Of a DNA stretch of 64,000 nt, positions 55,567 through 64,000 are shown one piece after another; position 1 is the stretch's first letter; each line of letters begins with the position of its first letter. The stretch is from Lama guanicoe (taxonomy: Eukaryota). The notes beneath the pieces are model-generated. The model was not told where the DNA came from. It did not search any database and saw nothing but the letters and a program-made list of their open reading frames with translations. Made by a program: the position numbers and the translations under genes. The stretch covers positions 2,627,629-2,691,628 of the forward strand of contig MU056765.1 in assembly GCA_013239625.1 (NCBI GenBank). The letters are read 5' to 3'.

Positions 55567-55856
55567 GGCTCATAGACATAGATTACAAACTTGCAGTTGC
55601 CAGTGGGGAGGGGGGCAGGAAGGGACAGACTGGGAGTTCAAAAATTATAGATACTGACAGGCATATGTAGAATAGATAAACAAGGTAACACTGTGTAGCA
55701 CAGGGAAATATACACAAGATCTGTGGTAGCTCACGGTGAAAAAGAATGTGACAATGAATATATGTATGTTCATGTATAACTGAAAAATTGTGCTCCACAC
55801 TGGAAATTGACACAACATCATAAACTGACTATAATTCAATAAAATTAAAAAAAAAA
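55567..55856 (+). mobile_element. Short L1 3' UTR insertion with TSD
   Basis: L1 3' UTR plus poly(A); TSD TAGATA(C/T)CCTTGG at 55554-55566 and 55857-55869. Confidence 0.85.
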
Positions 55857-56383
55857 TAGATATCCTTGGCATTTGGAAAATAATACTTTTTGGTGCCAAA
55901 GTCAATAAAAATGTAATTTTTGTTGCATTACTTCATTCATTAATTCAACAAATATTTATTGAGCATCTACCATGCCAGGGACATGACACTGGTCACAACA
56001 GCCGAAGTCCCTGTTTTCTCAGAGTTACATGCTAATCATATCTGCGTAGCATAATGGTAGCTGCCACTTTTTATAAGGATATTGAAAGACCCAAACATGC
56101 TTTTTTAATCACCAAACAGCAGAGTCTTTTCTACCTATCCAGTATCTTTGGGTGGATTTAGTAAAAGACATCTCACCTAGGTGGAGTCGTCCAAGGACCC
56201 AGATCTTTAGCAAAGAGAGGGCACCATTGTGAAAATCCGAAAAAGGGTATGGCTTCTTGTGTACACATGTTCCCCCACTGCTCATGGTTTAGGGAGAGGG
56301 GCATGGGCTGGCTTTCGGCACCTTTCTTCCCTCAAGCCAGGTGCTATGAACAGTGAACAACCTGCTCAATCATGGGTGGTGGC

Positions 56384-56637
56384 GGGGGAAGGGTATAGCT
56401 CAAGTGCTAGAGCGCATGCTTAGCATGCTCGAGGTCCTGGATTCAATCCCCAGTACCTCCATTAGAAAAATAAACAAACCTAATTACCCTCCCCCTTCAA
56501 AAAAATAAATAAAATAAAAACAAATAAATATATTAAAAACTATTTTAAAATGTAAGCATGCAAACTAACAAAAAACAAAGTTGAAAACAAAATTGTGTGA
56601 CAGTGTGATTACAACTAGGCCAAAATTATTAAAAAAA
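56384..56637 (+). mobile_element. Vic-1-like SINE with extra 3' sequence inside its TSD
   Basis: Full head; TSD AATCATGGGT(G/A)GTGGC at 56368-56383 and 56638-56653. Confidence 0.88.
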
Positions 56638-57788
56638 AATCATGGGTAGTGGCCTTATCAACATGTGTTTTGTGCCAAATGAGTTTACCTTCATTCTAGG
56701 ACCTTGGGAGATAAAATTCAGGCAAGGTCACTCTTACGCAGAATACTACTCAGTGAGCCTGGAGTCAGTCATTGTAAAATCAGCAGTTATTTGAATGTCA
56801 ACTGGCACAACTCAGAAGATGTGATGTCTGCCTTTGCAGAGAAGGTTTAGAAGCGGAGAGTGAGATGAGACAGAAACACTTAGAAAACTAAAACCAAATG
56901 AGACAGGAAGCCAAACGAGTCCTCCACGAGTCAGGAGGGGAAATGAGATCCCAGTGGGGTCTGAGGTGGGCTTCTGCTCATCCATACATTAATTCAATAT
57001 ACACTGAGAGCCTGTCACTGCCAGGAACCACTAAGCACAGGGAACGCGAACCCTCTCTGAACGGGGCCAACTATCCGCTCAGGAAGACAGATCCAAGTAC
57101 AAAAGTCTGAGTTTTGACTGATGAGTAGAATTCAGTAACTAGAAGTAGAGAGAGGGCCTGCCAGGGCTGGGAAGTGTCAAAGAGCAAAGGCAGAAATAAC
57201 AAGTGTTCTTTGTGTAACTGAGACGAGAGCGCTTGGACTGCGCTGTAAAAGCCAATACTGAAAGACATGTTTGGGAAGGCAGGTGGGAAAAACAAAACGC
57301 ACATCTCACTGTCAGGCACAGGTAGTGTCTCCCTCCCACAACCATGTCTTACCATCTGGGACAGACTTTACCAATAGGACTTACCTCTTGTTATGTAATT
57401 ATTTGTCCATTTCTCTGACAATTCCCATAGGCAACCGCAAAATTCTAGAAGTCGGGAACCAGGTCTAACTTTCTTTTGAGTCCCCAGCCTGATAGATCCT
57501 AGGTACTCAAAAGTGTTGGCTGGATGAATGGACAAATGGAATACACATCTCTTCTTCTAGGTCCAAACCTTCTGGGGAAGCTGCCCTGATTACTTCTGTC
57601 CACACGTGGTCCTCTAATCTAAAACTCCGTTGTCAGCACAGTATAGAGCAGAGGTGAAGGATGTATTCTCTGGAGTAAGACTACCTACATTACTTGCTGT
57701 GTGATTTAGGGCAAGTCATACCAATTCTCTGTGCTAAATGTCCTCATCTGTTAAACGAGGACATTGAGGATTAAAGGCGTTTATATAT

Positions 57789-58289
57789 TGTGGTAGACAG
57801 AAAATAGCGTCGCCCCAGAACCGGTGAGTGTGTCATGCAACATGGCAAGGGGGGATTAAGGGTGCAGATAGAATCAGTGTTGCTAAGCAGCTGACCTTGA
57901 CATCTAGAGGGTATCCTTGATTACGAGATGGTCAAGATGTAACCAAAATGTTCTTTAAAGCAAAAGAAGGCGGTAGAAGAGAAGAATCTGAGAAAGAGAT
58001 GTGGTGAGGGCTGGAGGGTGGGAGACAGGCTACGTTGCTGACTTTGAAGATGGAGGAGGAGGGATACGAGTTAAGGAACGCAAATAGCCTCTAGAAGCTG
58101 GAAAAGGCAAGGACGGGTACTCTCTCCTAGAGTTTCCAGAGAGGAGAGCAGCCTTGTGAATACTTTAATTTCAGCTCAGTGAGGCTCATGTTGGACTTCT
58201 GCCCTCCAATACTGTAATACAACACATTTGTGTTGGTTAACTACTGAATTGTGGAAATTTGGTATAGCAGTAATAAAAAACCCAGTACA
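57789..58289 (+). mobile_element. MLT1D-like MaLR solo LTR inserted in a MIR
   Basis: TGTGGTAGACAGAA...GCCTCTAGAAGCTGGAAAAGGCAAGG...CAGTACA; TATAT/TATAA flanks. Confidence 0.85.
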
Positions 58290-58795
58290 TATAAAAACAC
58301 TTATTACAGTGCCTAGATAGAGGGAGCAATTCTCAACTGTGACTAAGTTCTGTTAACTATTACGAATTCTTAGCGCCACATTGTCTTAGTACTAATTGTT
58401 TTATTTTAAACTTATTTCATATGTTCAAGTCACATATGTCCCCTTAAAGATTTCAGTTCCTTAGGAAGCAGAGACTTTATATTCTTTTCTCACACCTCCT
58501 TAGTGTAAGGCTGATGCAAAGAAACAATTCAATTAATACTCAGAGTCAACGAATTGTACCAGAGACAGTTTGTCAATATGAAGCTTAAGACACGAGGGTT
58601 CTGAGACACTGAGATGTCGTAGGCTTTGCCCTACACCTACTGGGTGAACTTGAACAAGGCTTGGAATCTCATCTTGCTTCAGTTCCTCTTGGTCAGAATA
58701 TATTCCAGCTCTGCTGTTCTAAGTTTTCTAGATTCAGAGAAACCAGTGAATAATCTGATTATTCTTGCTTCTCTTAATTTAGAAGTGAAGAAAAG

Positions 58796-58951
58796 GGTAG
58801 GGGTAGGGTAGAGCTCAGGGGTAGAGCGCATGCTTAGCATACACAAGGTCCTGGGTTCAATCCCCAGTATCTCCCCCAAAAATAAATAAATAAGTAAACC
58901 TAATTACCTCCCCCACTAAAAAAAAAAATAAAAAACAAAAATTTTTTAAAT
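58796..58951 (+). mobile_element. Vic-1-like SINE
   Basis: Head and tail present; degenerate TSD GAAGTGA(A/C)GAAA at 58782 and 58952. Confidence 0.88.
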
Positions 58952-59349
58952 GAAGTGACGAAATGCACTGAGAAGGGAACATTTTGTCTACTGGAACTTC
59001 ACAGAGACTTACGCTGAAGAGTACTTTATGCAGTAAATTCTAATGGTTAGGAGTCAGTCTCTCCTGATCCTACAGTGAGAAGGTCAGGCCAGATAAAAGG
59101 TATTTTCTAGAAGTGTCCAATGATATCACCCAGAATGGAAATATGGCAAACATAAAAATCGCAAAGAGGAGACAACTCAAGTTAGAGGTTTTTAATCTTT
59201 CTGTATGTCAGACATCAGAACCTCTTCTTAGGGGGAAAAAACAAACACACACACATAAAGAACATATTTTGTACACAGATTAAGGATCAAAGATACTTTT
59301 AAGTTCAGGTTAGTACTCTTGTTTGCCTAAGTCAATTCATGTACATACA

Positions 59350-59350
<1 letters not shown>

Positions 59351-59388
<38 letters not shown>
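59351..59388 (+). repeat. (AC)n microsatellite
   Basis: Read directly from the sequence. Confidence 0.95.
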
Positions 59389-59390
<2 letters not shown>

Positions 59391-62300
59391 CAAAAGGACT
59401 AAGCACAGATAGATAGAACCAAACAAATACTGATGTAATTGGTCCCATGCTTAAAAAAATATAGACAGTAGAAAGGTAACTGTTCTCTGAAAAATATAAC
59501 AAAGGGATTTTCAAAAGATTCTAACAAGGGAAAAAAGGATGCATACATATAATTAAAGCCGATTTAGCAGCACAGTGCACCAAGCATGCTCCTGTTACAT
59601 CCTTGGTGATCGGGTACGTTGGGCATCTCCTACTGATGCACATAAAGCCTGTTACAGTCTTCATCAATAGATGCGCACAAAGGGCTTCAGCAAAGTCCAA
59701 TCAAGGCAGTTTAGAGTTGGAAGGGAGCTAGTCCAGTCCTTCCTGGGCAATTCAGCCCCAGATAAGGGATGTGACTTGCTTTGCCCAGTGTCACCCAGAG
59801 AGGGTGGCAGGACCGTGCCTCTGACCCCGGCCGTATTCCTGGACTGTCTCAGGCCAGCATGTGGGCTTTGTGCTGCAGGGTTACATTCTGAGACGTCACG
59901 GAAGCAGTCCTCCTGCTCTCCGGTGCATGCTTGCTGTTCTGTGCCCACAAGGCGGCTTTAAACCAGATCAACCCCAAAATGGCAGATACAATTCCAGCTA
60001 GAAGACAACTGGCCTCAGATTCTCCCTCATGTGAAGGGCTTAGTAGTCAAGGCTCGTTAAAACAAGCATCGTTTGGAGCGTCTTCCTTTTCACCTTTTGA
60101 GCACAGAGCGCATCTGCGTGGTAGCACAGACCGCGATGCTAACTGGGTCACCTTATTTGCATTTTGATTACTGCTTATTTAGAAGCCACACTGAGAAAAG
60201 AGAGCTTGATATCAGATTAAATGCATGTGTGTTGATAAATATATGTATAAATAGATAAATGCATATGTGCTGGTTTGTGAAAGATCAGTCCGATACATAC
60301 TCATCTCTCAAGAATATATCTGTAGGAGTCTGGCCACGTATGGATGTTAGGGTCATAACTGTGGTTACAGAATTTAACTGTTCTCCTCAGTGTGATGTCA
60401 CCCACTGTATAGATACGCTGTCAGCCAGAGAAGTCAGCTTAGCGTACCTTCCCCTTATTAAGTAGTCATTGCTCTTTATATGGGAACATTGCATTGTTCT
60501 AAGAGCTTTGCTGAATGCCCTTTCTTCAGACCACCTACTTCGTTCCACTATTTGAAATTATCCTATAGAATGCAAACACGCTGTGACTGTGTGCAGACAT
60601 ACACATACAGACACAGGATGTGTGCTCGAAAAGCTCTCCTCTTTTTGCAACAGAAGAGAAAAAAAAATCACAGAACCTCAGACCCATCATTAGATAGATC
60701 TCCTAATCTTTATCTGCAGTAGTTCAGTCAGACGAGCTAATACCATGATGATGGCTTTGAAATCTCTTAGGAATTGGATGAGGAGAGGTGATAGTNNNNN
60801 NNNNNNNNNNNNNNNNNNNNNNNNNNNNNNNNNNNNNNNNNNNNNNNNNNNNNNNNNNNNNNNNNNNNNNNNNNNNNNNNNNNNNNNNNNNNNNNNNNNN
60901 NNNNNNNNNNNNNNNNNNNNNNNNNNNNNNNNNNNNNNNNNNNNNNNNNNNNNNNNNNNAGGGGCAGAAGAAAGCTAAGGTAGCATTCATCAAATTCTTC
61001 TGAGCCTCGCTCTGAGCATCCCTCCTGGACCACAGTCCTTGAAACCCCGGCTGCCTTCCTCGCTGGTCCTCTCCACTCAGTAGACTTTGGGCTAGTACAG
61101 TGATACAGACAATTAATTTGTTATCTTGTTAGTGGAAATTTAATGCAATGATCTAAAAGAACCCTTACATATTGTGATAAACTTTAGTGCCTCTGGGCAG
61201 CTCCCCTTCCATTGGGCTCATTTCACATCTCATCCATTATGTAAATGAGATTTGGAAATAGTTGAGTTTCACTAATGTAGCTCAACTCTGATGGATTGGA
61301 GAGAGCCGGTCCTACTGAAACTAATGAGGTTAAATGCATCTCAGCGTTTCTTTCTACTTGGTTGATTACGCGAGCCTCTGTTCAAGAAATGGGATGCAGT
61401 GCATTTTTTTTTTCAGCCATCCTTTAAAGAAATCTCACTTTTGCCAGACCCCAAAGTAGCCCCATCAAATGAGTTTGGTTTGGATAATGCCTGTGTTGGT
61501 TCCAACATTGCATGGTGCACAAACAGAGCTCATGGACAACGTGCCATTACATGAAGCAAGACTGATAATATGCTCTAAGATGAAAAGGGAGTATTTTAAT
61601 CATTAGTACATGCGAGGAAGTCTTTCAGTCACCAGAGAAGAGTCAGGGGAAGTTTCTAGAAATGGACAATTGGGATGAAGAGTGCTTGGGGGGGCTTGAG
61701 GTCAGAGAAGGAGGTAGTCACTGATTAAGTCTGGAACTGGAAAGCGACTACTGCATTTGATTCAAAGAGTCACAAGGAGTCAGTCCAGTTACCCAAGGGC
61801 CCAATTTTAAGACAAAGATAAAGAAGGACTTCTACAGTATAGAGTTCACTTCAAAAACCGTGAAACAGGAGTTCTAAAGCTTGGAGGCAGGATGCTTTTT
61901 TGAAAAAGAAAAAAAAGCAGCAAGCATTTCAGGAGAAACAGTCTCAAACTATCGAGGGTCATGGAATCACAGAAGTCACGATGAGATGCTAAATATCAAA
62001 AGTATCTGTCAAATTATTTTGCCTTTATTTAAAAAGGGGGAGGTGAGTTAAGTGGAAAGATACTTAATCTGCACGATAGCCCTCTGAGGTGGGTGGTTTG
62101 TTCAACTTTTTTAAAACAAGAAAACTAAAGCTTGGAGAGGTTAAAGATCTTGAACAAGGTTAAATACCTAGTTAAGTGACAGAGCTGGGATTCAGATCGA
62201 GGGTCTCCTGGGTTCAAGGTTACAGCCTTATGTACCGGCTCAAAACCCCTTTCCTTGTAAGTAGTGTGTTTTCTCAATTATTGGCTAATACAGTTGGGCT

Positions 62301-64000
62301 CTGATTCTCTCATACAGAATGTTTCTGACTCCACGTCCTATTGCAATGGCTGGCACTGAGAATGTGCTTGGAATGAGCCAGCCAGGAATGATTACATGAA
62401 ACGTAAGATACTTACAAGACAATTAGGATGGAGGCCACCAGATGCTTGACCAAAGGGCTGGTGATGTGGAGAAGAGATCGCTGGCCAAGTAATCACTCCA
62501 TCTCTGCCCTCCCAACTAACTTCTGGCTCTGAAATCTGGGACCCCAGCAGGAAAGCTTGCCAGACTCTTAAATATTCAACATTCTCAGTAAACTGATGGT
62601 AGGTGGCAATAAAGAAGAAGTTTTGTTCTTGCGTTAATTTACTCAGCAGAAGTTTCACTGCCCGCAGTAAACACAGACACTGCAGGTCCTTTTGGGGACC
62701 CTTAAGGTATAAGAAAGAATCCAGTCAAATATTTAGTTGAAGAAACAAGATGCAGGAACAAGAAATTTAAATAAAAATAACAATCTCCTCTGAGCTGAAA
62801 AGACTGCCCACATCGCTTTCCACTGTACCTGGGGCCATGCCAGAGATTTTCTGGGGAGATTCTTAACAACTAGCATATATTCCAGAACAATACTTGAGAA
62901 TGGAATTTATCAACTCTGTAACTCATAAATACACAAAGACAAGTAATTAACCTGACTGATGAAGAATACGAATTTATATTCATATAGACATTATAGTAAA
63001 AGTAACAAGGTAACCAGTACGATAGTTTTAAAGAAAAGCAGAAATTCAAAGTAGTTCAAAGGGGTTGTTCGAGCCCACGTTCCCTGTGTTCGGACCATAG
63101 AGTTACAAGCTTACCTGCTGTCTGGACTTGGACTACTATTTAATGTCTCTGTGCTTCCGTCTTCTCATCAATGGTGGAATTAATAATAGTACCTATTCCC
63201 TGGGCTTACATGTGAGGATATGAAGATAAATCTCTATCCTCAAAGTGATGGAGGTAAACATGTTAACACTAATTGTCAGTACTCTCTGATGAGGACGATA
63301 GGAGCGGGCAGGAGAGCCTTGACTAATCAGGGGATGAAGTGACTTCCCTGCCAGCCCCGCTAGGGCAGGGAGAGACTCACAGAGGAGGCGACATTTCACC
63401 TGGGTCTTTTACCAGTTTGGAACCACTGGCTGAAAGGGGATGAAAGGAATTCCAGGAAGAAAAAGCAGCAGGTGCAAAGGCATGAGGCATAAAATAGAAC
63501 GGCATGTTTGACGACAGGCAAGAATTCCTGTGCGGCTACACTACAGTGTTCTGCAGGTGGCAGGGGCTGAACTGTAACAGAAGACGGGGCCCTGGGTCAG
63601 GCTGGGATGACGCAAGGAGTCTGGATTTCACTTGTGGGTAATGGGGAGTCACAGAGGAATTCCACGTGGACATGCAAACACCCAGCCACGGAGAAGAGGT
63701 GGGTTGCTCTCTGTGGGCACAGCTGTGATTTGAGGGCACAGAAGCTGCTCCCACTGGGTTTCTGAGAAGGGAGCCAACAGAAGATAAGGTTTCTAAGCCA
63801 AGGGAAGAAACTCAGCCTTCGATCCCAAATGGTTGCCCAGCATGCCCTACCGTTCACTGTTCCTACTGTTTCTTTTTCCCTTCCTCAACCTTTATTGGGC
63901 AACTTGTGCATTAGAAGTTTCCTTCAAAGCTCTAGAGAGGAAACACTGATGAGTAAGTTGTGGCTTGTGCCCTGAAGACACCTAAAGCCATGTTCAAATC

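Larger units (their letters stand above)
50226..64000 (-). other. SETBP1: SETBP1 intron 4, 3' portion (continues beyond the window)
   Basis: Upstream of the exon-5 acceptor; no further SETBP1 coding sequence recognised. This intron is known to be very long. Confidence 0.85.

Overview
Mammalian genomic DNA, very probably camelid (camel/llama/alpaca): it has many copies of a tRNA-derived SINE with the Vic-1-type head GGGAGGGTATAGCTCAGTGGTAGAGC...GGTTCAATCCCCAGTACCTCC and an AAACCTAATTACCTCCCC tail. The window holds the 3' end of SETBP1 on the minus strand: the last ~14 kb of intron 4, the penultimate coding exon (50055-50225, 171 bp), a 22.5 kb last intron, the terminal coding exon (26987-27549, with the AT-hook and a 166-N gap over the proline-rich tract) and a ~4.3-4.8 kb 3' UTR. 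Positions 1-22 kb are repeat-rich downstream DNA (L1, L2, HAL1-like, MIR, MER58, and a dense nest of ERV LTRs). I found no evidence of a new multi-gene system; other ORFs in the track are chance ORFs, repeat-derived or artefacts of N runs. The best second-look items are small: a SINE with an apparent 3' transduction, a micro-inversion bounded by a perfect inverted repeat, a nested LTR cluster, a possibly shortened SETBP1 proline tract, a G-quadruplex-prone CpG island at the stop codon, and several intronic promoter/enhancer-like elements. Repeat family names come from pattern recognition and need RepeatMasker/Dfam confirmation.
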